A DNA stretch of 64,000 bases, taken from Thermoplasmatota archaeon. Its GTDB lineage: Archaea; Thermoplasmatota; E2; JACPAO01; JAHFTW01. A program made the position numbers and the translations under genes. The notes beneath the pieces were generated by a model. That model worked only from the letters and a program-made list of their open reading frames with translations. It had not been told where the DNA came from and searched no databases. Positions 18,666 to 29,833 of the stretch are shown here, piece by piece. The DNA lies in the NCBI GenBank assembly GCA_038046785.1, contig JBBSVM010000002.1, forward strand, positions 125,196-189,195. The letters are read 5' to 3'. Position 1 is the first letter of the stretch. Each line of letters opens with the position of its first letter.

Positions 18666-19799
18666 GTGGTTGTGTTGCGCGTTACGCTTGTCCTCGTCCT
18701 TTCAGCAATGCTTGTTTCTTTCCCGCCGGTCCAGGCACAGGCAGCGGTGGGTGGTCTCGTCTACTACTTCGACAGCATGCCGGAGGCTGGCTTGGGCGCC
18801 GCCAAACTCGTCCTCGAGCCGCCCAGCTCCGAGGACCAGACGGTGTCCTGCGTTGGCGACTGCACCGAACCCCTGACAATCACGGCGACATCTGACCCGA
18901 CGACCGCCCTTGCCAAAATCGATGGCAAGGCAGAGGCGGTCGTCTGGTTCAAGAGTTGGAACAACGCCCCGGCACCCGGCACCAAGGTCGACGTCGTCAT
19001 CAAGGCCGGGGAGACGGAACTCGCGTCCGGCAGCGCCACGCAGGACATCCTGAACGGCGCCATTGTCGAGTACCGGCTCCAGATGGACTACAAGGGATCC
19101 GACCTCGCCGCCGGCACCGTGCTCACCATGGCTGTCACCGTTGCCTTGTCGTCGTGCAACTGCTACGTGGGCACGGCGTATCCGCGCGGCGTCTCGGCCG
19201 ACCACCCGTGGTCGATGGCCCTGCCGCTCAAGGCCGCGGCCGCGGAAGCGGCGGGGGCCTCCACGCAGTTTGCCTTGCTGGAAGGGCCGTCCGTGAACCT
19301 CGTGAAAGCCTACCCGGAACCGTCGACGGAGCGCGTTCAATACAACTGGACGGGTGCGTTGGCGGCGCCGGCCATTGGCCTCACCATTCAGCGTGAGGCG
19401 GGCAATGCGACGGTGGTCATTCTCGACGGAAGCAACGCGACCGTGTTCACGGCGGCCACCAACGGCGCCCCCGTCAATGTCTCTGCGACGCCTGCGGCCA
19501 AAACGGGAGCCTGGCGCATTCTGCTCAACACGACGGCATTCAAGGGAAACATCACGCTCACGATTGCGGCGGTAGGTACGCAAGCGTCGGGTGGAGCCAG
19601 CCCCTCCACGTCCGCCTCCAATCCCGGCGGTGCGGGCGGTTCGGTTGCGGAGGCGACATCGTCCAGCGCCGCTTCCAACGCAGCATCTGCATCCGCCAAC
19701 GGAAGTTCCTCGGCAAACAAGGGAACGCCTGGATTCGAGCCGGCTCTCTTCATGGTCGCTTTCGCTGTTGCCTTGTTGGCCCTGCGCCGCCGCGCTTAA
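18666..19799 (+). CDS. Secreted cell-surface protein with PGF-CTERM anchor
   Basis: Signal peptide; Ser/Ala linker; KGTPGF + TM helix + RRR. Confidence 0.8.
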   Translation: MVVLRVTLVLVLSAMLVSFPPVQAQAAVGGLVYYFDSMPEAGLGAAKLVLEPPSSEDQTVSCVGDCTEPLTITATSDPTTALAKIDGKAEAVVWFKSWNNAPAPGTKVDVVIKAGETELASGSATQDILNGAIVEYRLQMDYKGSDLAAGTVLTMAVTVALSSCNCYVGTAYPRGVSADHPWSMALPLKAAAAEAAGASTQFALLEGPSVNLVKAYPEPSTERVQYNWTGALAAPAIGLTIQREAGNATVVILDGSNATVFTAATNGAPVNVSATPAAKTGAWRILLNTTAFKGNITLTIAAVGTQASGGASPSTSASNPGGAGGSVAEATSSSAASNAASASANGSSSANKGTPGFEPALFMVAFAVALLALRRRA

Positions 19800-19824
19800 G
19801 CCTCCATCCAGGGTCCAAGCAGCG

Positions 19825-20187
19825 ATGGCAACCGTCGGGCGCAGCATCCTCTCATCGACCGTGATGGAGTTCTTCGACGCGCTGCGCAGCTACGATGCAG
19901 CGCGCGCCGCGAAGCCGCTCGTCGCGGACGTCCTCTTCGACACGCCGTGGTCGGGAACGCTGCACGGCAAACCGGCGGTCGAGGCGTTCCTCAAGGGCTG
20001 GCTGACGGACGCCGTCAAGCGCCCCTCGTTCACCATCCGCGACCTCTCCGGCGACGGCGCCGTCATCCACCTTGCCCTCAGCATCTCGGGCCGTTTCGGC
20101 AAAGCGCCCGAACACCTCACCATGAGCGTGCTCGCTCTGCGCGGCGTGATTCACCAGGTCGTCGTGCGCCCGGCCGCGGCGCACTGA
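19825..20187 (+). CDS. SnoaL/NTF2-like family protein
   Basis: FFDAL...D......L.ADV.F..P....LHGK.AV..F pattern. Confidence 0.7.
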   Translation: MATVGRSILSSTVMEFFDALRSYDAARAAKPLVADVLFDTPWSGTLHGKPAVEAFLKGWLTDAVKRPSFTIRDLSGDGAVIHLALSISGRFGKAPEHLTMSVLALRGVIHQVVVRPAAAH

Positions 20188-20201
20188 ACGACGCCGGCCA
20201 A

Positions 20202-20269
20202 GTCGCAGATTGCGCAGATTTCTCAGATTCATGGCAGTTCGAATCTGCGTCATCTGAGAAATCTGCAAC
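20202..20269. repeat. 9-bp-periodic palindrome, type A, copy 1
   Basis: Three NCNCAGATT units, a 10-nt spacer, then three inverted units. Confidence 0.85.
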
Positions 20270-20303
20270 CCGGAGGGGCTTCGCTGGTTGAGGTGCCTCG
20301 ACA

Positions 20304-20330
20304 GAAAAGAGAGAAGGAGGGGAAAAGGAG
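20304..20330 (-). terminator. Polypyrimidine tract 3' of rps3ae
   Basis: Minus strand CCTTTTCCCCTCCTTCTCTCTTTTC just after the stop codon. Confidence 0.5.
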
Positions 20331-20342
20331 CCTGAGCGAAGT

Positions 20343-21074
20343 TTACTCTTCGTCGTCGGCGTCGGTGGCCTCGACCTTCTCCTCGGCGGAGTCGGCAGGG
20401 GCTTCGGCGCCCTCGGTGGCGACCGGCTCGGCCTCGGGGGCGGCGACCTTGAAGACCGGGGTCTCGTCGGTGATGCGGGTGGGGCCGGTGACGATTTCGG
20501 TCTTGGCGATCTCGACGCGGCGGACCGGGTGGATCTTGCGCGCGGCGTTGTGCATGCGCTCAGCGAGGCCGCCCTGGAGGACATCGGCGAGGAAGCCCGA
20601 CAGGGTGTTCTTCGCGGCGGACTCCTGGATGGCGGCGCCCATGATGGCGCGGATGGCCTGGTTCTGCGTGGTCTGGCAGCGGCGGTCGGTGACGGCGAAC
20701 GGCTTGACGCGCACGCGCGAGCCGTCGGTGGTCTCCACGTCGAACACACCGGGGATGCGGGTGTTGCCACGGCGCACGAGGCGGCGCACGTAGTCGGAGG
20801 TCATGCTGTGGCCGATGAAGGCGGTCTTGGCCTGCAGGTCCACAACCTCGTTCACCTGGAAGGCGAGCTTGATGTGCATCTGCTTCATGTCGCCGGTGAG
20901 CTCGTTGAGGGTGACCTCGACGGTGCGGCCCATGACCTTCTCGCCTTCGTCCGAGAGGGTTTCGGCCAGGATGGCGGAGTTGAAGGCGGTGGGGGCGGTG
21001 AGCTTGAACCACTGCTTGGACTTCCAGCGGTCCTTCGTCTTGCGGGCCTGGGTGCGTGCGCGGGCGAGTGCCAT
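20343..21074 (-). CDS. rps3ae: 30S ribosomal protein S3Ae (eS1)
   Basis: KDRWKSKQWF...AP..F, GRTVEVTL.ELTGD, DYVRRLVRR, KIHPVRRVEI.K. Confidence 0.97.
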   Translation of the reverse strand: MALARARTQARKTKDRWKSKQWFKLTAPTAFNSAILAETLSDEGEKVMGRTVEVTLNELTGDMKQMHIKLAFQVNEVVDLQAKTAFIGHSMTSDYVRRLVRRGNTRIPGVFDVETTDGSRVRVKPFAVTDRRCQTTQNQAIRAIMGAAIQESAAKNTLSGFLADVLQGGLAERMHNAARKIHPVRRVEIAKTEIVTGPTRITDETPVFKVAAPEAEPVATEGAEAPADSAEEKVEATDADDEE

Positions 21075-21158
21075 GATGAGCCTCGAACCGGCCGACAAGG
21101 GGGAAGTATATCATGCCGCTGTCCCAAATTTGATACACAAACAGGTGCTGCGGCTGCC

Positions 21159-21440
21159 GTGCTGAACGACAACCCCCTCCTGGCATTTCTCGGACGGCGC
21201 GGGCGGGGCGCCGTCGTCGAGGCGCTGCGGCGCAACCCGAACCGAAGCCTCAGCGTGCGGGAGCTGGCGCGGCTCGCCGACGTCGCCCCGATGGCCGCCA
21301 GCCGCGCTGTGCGGGAACTGGAAGCGCTGCGCGCCGTGGCCATCGCCCGCCGCGGTCGGGACATCGCGGTGCGGCTCGACCCCACCACCGCTGCGGGGCA
21401 TTTCCTGGCAACGGTCGAGGTTCCGAGCCCGCCGTTCTGA
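21159..21440 (+). CDS. Winged helix-turn-helix protein
   Basis: LSVRELARLADVAPMAASRAVRELE. Confidence 0.75.
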   Translation: MLNDNPLLAFLGRRGRGAVVEALRRNPNRSLSVRELARLADVAPMAASRAVRELEALRAVAIARRGRDIAVRLDPTTAAGHFLATVEVPSPPF

Positions 21441-21448
21441 CGGTCCGG

Positions 21449-21637
21449 CTACGCGCCGAAGTTCTTCAGCACAAACTGGACGAGCAGATAGATGGCGATG
21501 CCGATGCCGACCACGATGGCCACCTTGACCAAGGTGATGGCGGCGCGGATGAGGAGAAGCCCAACCGCGACGACGGCAAGCAGCAGAACGATGGACCACG
21601 GCACGCCGAAGAGGCCCTCCAGGAGGATTGCATCCAT
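21449..21637 (-). CDS. Small membrane protein
   Basis: Two hydrophobic helices, coding codon bias. Confidence 0.65.
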   Translation of the reverse strand: MDAILLEGLFGVPWSIVLLLAVVAVGLLLIRAAITLVKVAIVVGIGIAIYLLVQFVLKNFGA

Positions 21638-21717
21638 GCCGCCGCGACGGGTCAAGGAGTGGATAGAGTCTGCGCTCCACACGAAAGCCGAAACCTCATG
21701 AGCCGCCAGGACCTGTT

Positions 21718-22407
21718 TTGCACGTGTCCGGCCGCCTCCGGTGCCCCCACTGCTCTTCGGTCGTGGTCCCCACCCTCACCGCGACCGGGACGCGCACCTG
21801 CCCCGTCTGCGACAACACGGGGGTCATCCTCGCTGTCGCGCAGCGCGACCCGTCTTGGCGGCCTGCCCATGAGCCGCCGCTGTCGCATCGTGCCAAGGAG
21901 CTCGCCCCGGGCTCGACGGCGGCGCTGGTGCTCGGCGTCTTGGCGCTCCTGCTGCCCTTCGTTGGAGCGATCCTCGGCATCCTCGCGCAGCCGCACGCCA
22001 AGAAAGCGCGTCGCTTCATCGTTCGGAATCCGCTGCGCTATGGTGGACAGGGCACGGCAGCAACCGGGCGCATTCTCGGCATTCTCGGCATCGTTCTGTG
22101 GAGCATCGTGCTCCTTGTCGTTCTCTTTGGAGGCTACGGCCTGGCGGTGCTCAACAGCCTGAACAGCAAGCCGAATGCCGAGTTCGTCCTCCTGGCCTCG
22201 GACGGGCCCGGCGGCACGTTGGTCGTTGCGAGCGCAACCGAAAAGCTGTCCTGGAGTGACCTCCGCTTCGTCGGCGACTTGGAGTGCGTCCAGTCGAGCA
22301 CGGACGCTTTCGTGGACGAAGGGGACACCTTGGAATGCAAGAAAGATGGCCGGTTGACCATCGTCTACGCACCGACCGCCGTGCCGTTCTTTGACGGCAT
22401 CCTCTAA
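21718..22407 (+). CDS. DUF4190-like membrane protein with N-terminal Zn-ribbon
   Basis: CPHC/CPVC; AALVLGVL...G.G.A.TG.ILGILG; extracellular C-terminal domain. Confidence 0.7.
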   Translation: MHVSGRLRCPHCSSVVVPTLTATGTRTCPVCDNTGVILAVAQRDPSWRPAHEPPLSHRAKELAPGSTAALVLGVLALLLPFVGAILGILAQPHAKKARRFIVRNPLRYGGQGTAATGRILGILGIVLWSIVLLVVLFGGYGLAVLNSLNSKPNAEFVLLASDGPGGTLVVASATEKLSWSDLRFVGDLECVQSSTDAFVDEGDTLECKKDGRLTIVYAPTAVPFFDGIL

Positions 22408-22425
22408 GCAGGACGTCGCAAAGCG

Positions 22426-22887
22426 TCAAGCCTTGAGGGCCTTCTTCAAACGCTTTTTGTCGAGGCGGTACACCCAGGTGTTGGGGTTGCCTTTTGCCTT
22501 GACGCGCAGAGCGAGAGTGTTGTCGCGGTGGTGGCTGAACTCGAAGAGATCCTCGATGAATTTGCGCGACTGCTTTTCCAGCAATTTGGCGGCGTCCGAC
22601 TCGTAGGAGTCGTAGTGAAAGCGCATCTTCACGCCGGTGGCGACCACTTTGATGGTGCCGCGGCTGACCAGGCCGGTGATGGTGACCAGTTCGCCGGTGA
22701 GGACGCGGGTGTGGACGTCGCCGCCCTTGGCCGGGTTGGGGAACCAGTTGTTGCACTCCACGCAGAGCAGCTCGAACACCTTGTCGAGGTTCTCCACGTC
22801 CTCATGGTCCTCAAGGACGCGGATGAGCTGGCCGTCCTTCATCGCCATGAACATGTTGATGGCGTTGCAGTGGGGGCAGGCGAACAT
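22426..22887 (-). CDS. Hypothetical Zn-binding protein
   Basis: CPHC ... CVEC, basic C-terminus, strong codon bias. Confidence 0.7.
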   Translation of the reverse strand: MFACPHCNAINMFMAMKDGQLIRVLEDHEDVENLDKVFELLCVECNNWFPNPAKGGDVHTRVLTGELVTITGLVSRGTIKVVATGVKMRFHYDSYESDAAKLLEKQSRKFIEDLFEFSHHRDNTLALRVKAKGNPNTWVYRLDKKRLKKALKA

Positions 22888-23035
22888 GGTGGCTCTCGCC
22901 CATCTGAAGTTCGATATGACCTCTTCGGGACGCTGTCCCGCGTGGGAACTGCAATCTCGCGAGAAAAGGGGGAAGAGGAATCGGAGAGAAAGGAAAGAGC
23001 GGAAGAAGAAGGGACGGAGGGAACGCGGATGCGGT

Positions 23036-24142
23036 TCAGGCGAGCGCGTGGACCGAGACGGTCTCGCGCTTCATGGTGCGGGCCGCTTTCTGCCAGCCAG
23101 CGATGCGGGTGGCGGAGATGGTGCCGGCGGTGAGGCGCACCTCGCGGGAATCGAGGTAGTCGTTGACCTGCTCGGCGAGACCGGTTGGGGTGCCACCCTT
23201 CAGGCCGTCGATGCCGTCGACGCCGCCCAGGGCGAGCGCCTCGGCGTACTGCGGGCCGATGCCGTTCACCATGATGAGCTCGGCCATGGTCTGCCACTCG
23301 TTGACGGTCTCCTCGGGGACATCGATGGCGGTGGCGAGCGCCTCAGTGGGGGCGCGGTACAGCTCGTCCGTGGTGTGGACGCCGACACCCTGCAGGCGAG
23401 CGGCAAGCTTGGCGCCAATCCCCTCAATGGCCTCGACGGGGTGGGAGTCGCCCGTGTACCCCTCGGCCTCGTCGGCGTGTTCGTGCGCGCCGTGGCCGTG
23501 GCCGGCATGGCCGTGGTCGTCGTGCGATGCGGCCGCCAGTTCATCGGCGTCGAGCTTGCGCAGGAACGGCAGGCCGGTCTTGCTGTTCTCGCCGACGGCG
23601 TAGCCGTGCGGAATCTGGTCCTGCACGACGCCTTCCTTCGGCTCGTTCTTCGCGAAGAAGTAGAGCGGGTTGCCCTTCGAGGATTGGCGGGCGTAGAGCG
23701 TGTAGCCGTTGTGCGTGAACGGGCCGCCCGGGCCGCAGGAGCCGCCTTCGCAAGAGCAGTCGCCCTCGCAGCAGCAGGAGCCGTCCGAGCAGGAGGCGTC
23801 GCAGGTACAGTCGCCCTCGCAGCAGCAGTCAGAGCAGGAGTCGTCCGAGCAGCCGGAACCGCACGAGGCGTGGTCGCAGCATTCGCCCGTCTCGCAGCAC
23901 GTGGGCAGGCAGCAGGCGCAGCCGTCGTCGCCGAGGTCGCGTCCGTCGGGGAGTGCGGCGGGCGGGGTCGCGATGACCTGGTGGCGGATGGGGCCGAAGA
24001 TGCTGCGGCGCACCAGCAGGGTCGCAGTCGGCGTGTTGACGAGGACGCGGTTGTGGTGGACAACCTCGAAGCGCACGAGCGGGTTGCCGGGCGGCAGCGT
24101 CTCGTTCAGGTGTTCAAGGGCCCAGAAAGGAATGCGTGGCAT
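23036..24142 (-). CDS. Multidomain protein: Cys-rich segment, small conserved domain, His-rich linker, HhH/DUF4332-like domain
   Basis: 22 Cys at aa 75-136; IEGIG...AARL...GV.T..EL; WQTMAELIMVNGIGPQYAEAL. Confidence 0.8.
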   Translation of the reverse strand: MPRIPFWALEHLNETLPPGNPLVRFEVVHHNRVLVNTPTATLLVRRSIFGPIRHQVIATPPAALPDGRDLGDDGCACCLPTCCETGECCDHASCGSGCSDDSCSDCCCEGDCTCDASCSDGSCCCEGDCSCEGGSCGPGGPFTHNGYTLYARQSSKGNPLYFFAKNEPKEGVVQDQIPHGYAVGENSKTGLPFLRKLDADELAAASHDDHGHAGHGHGAHEHADEAEGYTGDSHPVEAIEGIGAKLAARLQGVGVHTTDELYRAPTEALATAIDVPEETVNEWQTMAELIMVNGIGPQYAEALALGGVDGIDGLKGGTPTGLAEQVNDYLDSREVRLTAGTISATRIAGWQKAARTMKRETVSVHALA

Positions 24143-24293
24143 GGGATGGCCTCACAAAAACGGAGGGCCTCCCCTCATAACCCCTTTTGGCCGCGGGCAG
24201 CCATTGTCCCAGGAGAGAACGTGAAACAACAGAGAGAAAAAATGCCGGTCGCCGCGCCCAACCCTTTTGGCTTGCCCCCGGGTCGCCCCCGCG

Positions 24294-25577
<1,284 letters not shown>

Positions 25578-25642
25578 AGAACACCCGGTCCAGGCCAACG
25601 CCTGTCCACAAGCCTCAAGTCCGCGGGCCAGCCACGGCGGTC

Positions 25643-26947
25643 GTGCACTCGACACCGTTCGCCCTCGTGGCCGTCCTCCTCCTTGCCGGCTGCGCCTCCA
25701 CCTCACTCGATGAGGTCCTTGGACCGGGCGGCAATCCGCTCTCCCCGGCGGCTTTCGTGCGCATCGAATCGCTGGTCGCCTCCGACGACGGCGGAGCCGA
25801 GCCGAGTCTTGGTGTCACACCCGATGGCGTCCTCTTCACCACCCTTTTCGCCAACGTCTACCGCAGCCGCGACCTCGGTGCCACCTGGGAGAATCTCGGC
25901 GACCCGGCCCCGCTCTACCCCAACAACGATCCCGACCTCGCCGTCGACATTGATGGCACCGTTTGGGAGTCCCGTCTCTACGGCCTCGTCTGCAATGAGG
26001 CGTCGGTGAGCCGCGACCAAGGGGATTCCTGGACCACCTACCCGATTGCCTGCGTCGGTCCCGTCCACGACCGCCAATACGTCATCCCGACCACGGGCGG
26101 CGAGGCGTACCTCTACAGCCACCAACTCCCGACCTTCCAGCAGTTGGCGCTCAAGACGACCGACTACGGCGCCACCTGGATTCCCACCGGCCCCGCCGAG
26201 GGCACCACACCGCACCACCTGCTCGTCAACGGCGGCTCCGGCTGGGGCGGCGGCGGATTCTGGAACCAGAACACCGGCTCCGTCTGGTTCACCTTCACCT
26301 ACGCGGCCGGCCTTGTGAGCGGAACCACGCAGGCGGGCTACTCCGTCACCCACGACGGCGGAGCAACCTGGGAGCTGGCGGGCGCTGCGGCCCTCGACGG
26401 CGCCCAGCTCGGTCTCGGTCTGGTCACCGGCGCGGCCGACGATGCCGGCAACGTCTACCTCACCTGGGGCGAAGCGGAAGGGGATGCGGTCTCCATCTGG
26501 ATGGCCGCGAGCCGCGACGACGGCGCCACGTGGCAACCCAAAGTGCGCGTGGATGCCAGCGCCGGCAGCAAGGTGTTCCCCGTCCTGGTGGCAGGCGAAG
26601 CGGGGCGCGTCGCCATTGCTTACTACGAAGGCTCCGAGGCCGCCTTCCCCGACACCATGATGGGAACCTGGAACGTCACCCTTGCCTACACGGACGACGC
26701 ACTTGCCGCGACGCCGACCTGGTCGTACGGACAGCTCAACAGCGCCCCGATCAAGGAAGGCCCCATCTGCATCAGCGGAACCACCTGCACCGGCGACCGC
26801 GAGTTCGCCGACTACTTCGACGCCGTGCGGATGCCGGATGGCCGCGTCGCCGTGACCTACAACCTCTTGGATTCGGCGGACAGCCTGCGCAATGGCTTCG
26901 CCCTCACCGAGGCCTCGCTCCTCGGCGCGCGCCCGGCCGCAATCTAA
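25643..26947 (+). CDS. BNR/Asp-box (sialidase-like beta-propeller) lipoprotein
   Basis: LAGC lipobox; multiple S/T.D.G.TW Asp-boxes. Confidence 0.8.
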   Translation: MHSTPFALVAVLLLAGCASTSLDEVLGPGGNPLSPAAFVRIESLVASDDGGAEPSLGVTPDGVLFTTLFANVYRSRDLGATWENLGDPAPLYPNNDPDLAVDIDGTVWESRLYGLVCNEASVSRDQGDSWTTYPIACVGPVHDRQYVIPTTGGEAYLYSHQLPTFQQLALKTTDYGATWIPTGPAEGTTPHHLLVNGGSGWGGGGFWNQNTGSVWFTFTYAAGLVSGTTQAGYSVTHDGGATWELAGAAALDGAQLGLGLVTGAADDAGNVYLTWGEAEGDAVSIWMAASRDDGATWQPKVRVDASAGSKVFPVLVAGEAGRVAIAYYEGSEAAFPDTMMGTWNVTLAYTDDALAATPTWSYGQLNSAPIKEGPICISGTTCTGDREFADYFDAVRMPDGRVAVTYNLLDSADSLRNGFALTEASLLGARPAAI

Positions 26948-27035
26948 CCCGAACAACCCCCATTTCATTTGGAAACCCTTATCCCGTTCCTTCTGGGTTG
27001 CCAGGAGTGGGATGGGGAGCGCAAGCTCCCTGGGG

Positions 27036-28178
27036 ATGCACACAATGAAGGACATCATTCGCGAAGCCGTGGCACGAGCCGAACTTGAGACCCGCACCGT
27101 TCAGACCGGCTACGGCGGCGTCCTCTCCGCCCCGCAGGGCAAGGGTGCCCAGACCGAGCTGGAGTCGGTCCTGCAATCGCTCACCACCCGCATCAAAGTG
27201 GTCGGCTGCGGCGGCGCCGGCTCCAACACCATCCAGCGCTGCATGGAGGACGACCTCGGCGAGGGCGTCGAACTCGTTGCCCTCAACACCGACGCGCAGC
27301 ATCTCCTCGCGGTCCGTGCCCCGCACAAGGTCCTCATCGGCCGCCACCTGACCCGCGGCCTCGGCGCCGGCGCGCTTCCCCAGATTGGCGAAGAGGCTGC
27401 CCTCGAGACCGAGGCGGACCTGCGCGCCCACGTTGCCGGCCAGGACATCGTCTTCGTCACCTGCGGCCTCGGCGGCGGCACCGGCACCGGCTCCGCCCCC
27501 GTCGTCGCCAAGCTCGCCCGCGAAGCAGGCGCGCTCACCATCGCGGTCTGCAGCCTGCCCTTCCGCTACGAGGGCGCCGTGCGCATGGAGAACGCCGAAG
27601 CGGGTCTCGCCCGCATGCGCGACGTCTGCGACACCGTCATCGTCATCCCGAACGACAAGCTGCTCGAGATTGCCCCCCGCCTGCCGCTCGCCCAGGCCTT
27701 CAAGGTCGCCGACGGCGTCCTGATGCGCTGCATCAAGGGCATCACCGAAATCATCACCAAGCCCGGCCTCGTCAACCGCGACTTCGCGGATCTGAAGACC
27801 ATCATGAAGCGCGGCGGAGTCGCCATGATCGGCATCGGCGAATCGGACGGCAAAGAGCGCGCCCGCGACGCCGTCCTCGAGGCGCTCAACTCGCCCCTCC
27901 TCGACGTCGACATTTCGGACGCCACCGGCGCCCTCGTCATGGTGGTGGGCGGCCGCGACATGACGATGCAGGAAGCGATGCAGGCGGTCCAAGAAGTGCA
28001 CGAGCGCGTCAACCGCGACGCCCGCGTCCTGTTTGGCGCCCGCATCGACGAAGCGATGGACCGCGCCATCCGCGTCATGCTCGTCATCACCGGCGTCAAG
28101 TCGCGCCAAATCCTCGGCCCCACGCCGCAGAAAGTGGAGAAACAGCGCAAAGAAATGGGCCTGGACTTCGTGCTTTAG
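27036..28178 (+). CDS. ftsZ: Cell division protein FtsZ (FtsZ1-type)
   Basis: [34 protein letters not shown]; start may be 27045. Confidence 0.98.
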   Translation: MHTMKDIIREAVARAELETRTVQTGYGGVLSAPQGKGAQTELESVLQSLTTRIKVVGCGGAGSNTIQRCMEDDLGEGVELVALNTDAQHLLAVRAPHKVLIGRHLTRGLGAGALPQIGEEAALETEADLRAHVAGQDIVFVTCGLGGGTGTGSAPVVAKLAREAGALTIAVCSLPFRYEGAVRMENAEAGLARMRDVCDTVIVIPNDKLLEIAPRLPLAQAFKVADGVLMRCIKGITEIITKPGLVNRDFADLKTIMKRGGVAMIGIGESDGKERARDAVLEALNSPLLDVDISDATGALVMVVGGRDMTMQEAMQAVQEVHERVNRDARVLFGARIDEAMDRAIRVMLVITGVKSRQILGPTPQKVEKQRKEMGLDFVL

Positions 28179-28197
28179 AACAGCCCCACTCCGACGC

Positions 28198-28268
28198 GGT
28201 CGCAGATTGCGCAGATTTCTCAGATTGACGCCGTTGGTGAATCTGCGCAATCTGTGAAATCTGCGACC
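28198..28268. repeat. 9-bp-periodic palindrome, type A, copy 2
   Basis: Left arm shares 28 identical nt with copy 1; lies 20 nt after the ftsZ stop. Confidence 0.85.
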
Positions 28269-28313
28269 GAAGGTCGTCACAACGCTGAAGCAGGGTGGAC
28301 CGTGCCGAACTCC

Positions 28314-29732
28314 ATGCGCAACCTCCTGGCGGTCCTTCTCGTCGCCGCCGCCCTCGCCGGATGCATGTCGAGCACGCCTCCCGCTACCGATGGCCCCGCC
28401 ACGGGCAACGACTCCGCCGCCCTTCCGACTTTCTTCGTGAACTCGGTTGGCGAGCAGGGACCGGAGCCGACTCTCGGTGTCACCTCGGACGGCGCCATCT
28501 TCTTCCAGGCGCTTGAGAAGACCATGAAGTCCATCGACGGCGGCCGCACCTGGAGCAACGTCAACCCCGCCTACGCCCTGCCCACCACGCTGGATCCCTT
28601 CCTCTGGGTGGATCCGACGACCGATCGCGTCTTCTCCGACCAGCTCTACGTCGCCTGCAGCTACCTCCTCTACACGGACGATGGCGGCGCCACTTGGGTC
28701 CCCAACCCGCTCGCCTGCGGCTCCCCCGTCAACGACCACCAGAAGATTGCCACCGGCTCCTACGTCGCGGGCGGCCCGCTCGACCTCGCAACACCGGTCA
28801 AACCCTACCCCAACCTGGTCTACTACGCCATCAACGGCATCGCGGACTCCCGCGTCGGCATCAGCCTCGACGGCGGCCAGACCTTCCCCATCGTCTCCGA
28901 ATCGTTCCCCGCCGTGCAGCTGCCCGGTGGCGACTCGCCCGACTGCGGTGGCGGCCTGCACGGCAACATCGTCGCCGGCCCCGACGGCACCGTCTACGTC
29001 CCGAGCCGCAGCAGCTGCGCCGGCCCGGACGAGGGAACACTTGGCGGCCCGGTCGTGGCGCGCAGTCTCGACAACGGCCTCACCTGGACCAACACGGTCG
29101 TCGCGGCGGACATCGGCACCCCCGATCACGACAAGAACCCGGACCTCGCCGTGGACACGGAGAACACCGTCTACATCACCTTCCCCGGCGGCGACAACCG
29201 GCTCTACCTCGCCCACTCGGTGGACCACGGTGCCACCTGGAGCCAGGCGGTCCTGGTCAGCGACGGCCTCGGCACGGTCACCATGCCGGCCCTCGCTGCA
29301 GGCTCGCCCGGCCGCGTCGCCATGGCCTACTACGGCGTTGCGGACCCCAACGAGCGCGCCGTCCCCGACTTCGTGAACGAGACCGCACGCTGGAGCCTCT
29401 TCGTCACCTACAGCCTCGACGCGCTCAGCGACACGCCGACCTTCACCACCATCCAAGTCACCGGCGACGACCCCATCCAGGTCGGCGGCATCAGCACCAA
29501 CTCGGGCGACGCCCCCGCCGGAAGCCGCAACCTGCTCGACTTCATCGACCTGCAAATCGATGCCGAAGGGCGCGTCTTCGTCGCCTTCGCCGATGGCTGC
29601 ACCTCGGACGTCTGCCGCGGCCCTGACGCGAAGCCCGAGGACTCCCGCGACGCCCTTGGCATCGTCGCCATTGGCCAGTCGGGACCAAGCCTGTTCGCGG
29701 ACAAGGGCGAACTCGCGCCGCTCCTCGCCTGA
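28314..29732 (+). CDS. BNR/Asp-box (sialidase-like) lipoprotein
   Basis: LAGC lipobox; SIDGGRTW, TDDGGATW, SLDGGQTF, SLDNGLTW, SVDHGATW. Confidence 0.82.
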   Translation: MRNLLAVLLVAAALAGCMSSTPPATDGPATGNDSAALPTFFVNSVGEQGPEPTLGVTSDGAIFFQALEKTMKSIDGGRTWSNVNPAYALPTTLDPFLWVDPTTDRVFSDQLYVACSYLLYTDDGGATWVPNPLACGSPVNDHQKIATGSYVAGGPLDLATPVKPYPNLVYYAINGIADSRVGISLDGGQTFPIVSESFPAVQLPGGDSPDCGGGLHGNIVAGPDGTVYVPSRSSCAGPDEGTLGGPVVARSLDNGLTWTNTVVAADIGTPDHDKNPDLAVDTENTVYITFPGGDNRLYLAHSVDHGATWSQAVLVSDGLGTVTMPALAAGSPGRVAMAYYGVADPNERAVPDFVNETARWSLFVTYSLDALSDTPTFTTIQVTGDDPIQVGGISTNSGDAPAGSRNLLDFIDLQIDAEGRVFVAFADGCTSDVCRGPDAKPEDSRDALGIVAIGQSGPSLFADKGELAPLLA

Positions 29733-29833
29733 GTGGATGCGCAGAAGCGCGCGTTCGGCGCGTCAGCCCTTTCGACCCTGGGAACAAGTCGTCCACGAAA
29801 GACGCTATAACCGACCCATCGGTGGGTCGCGCG

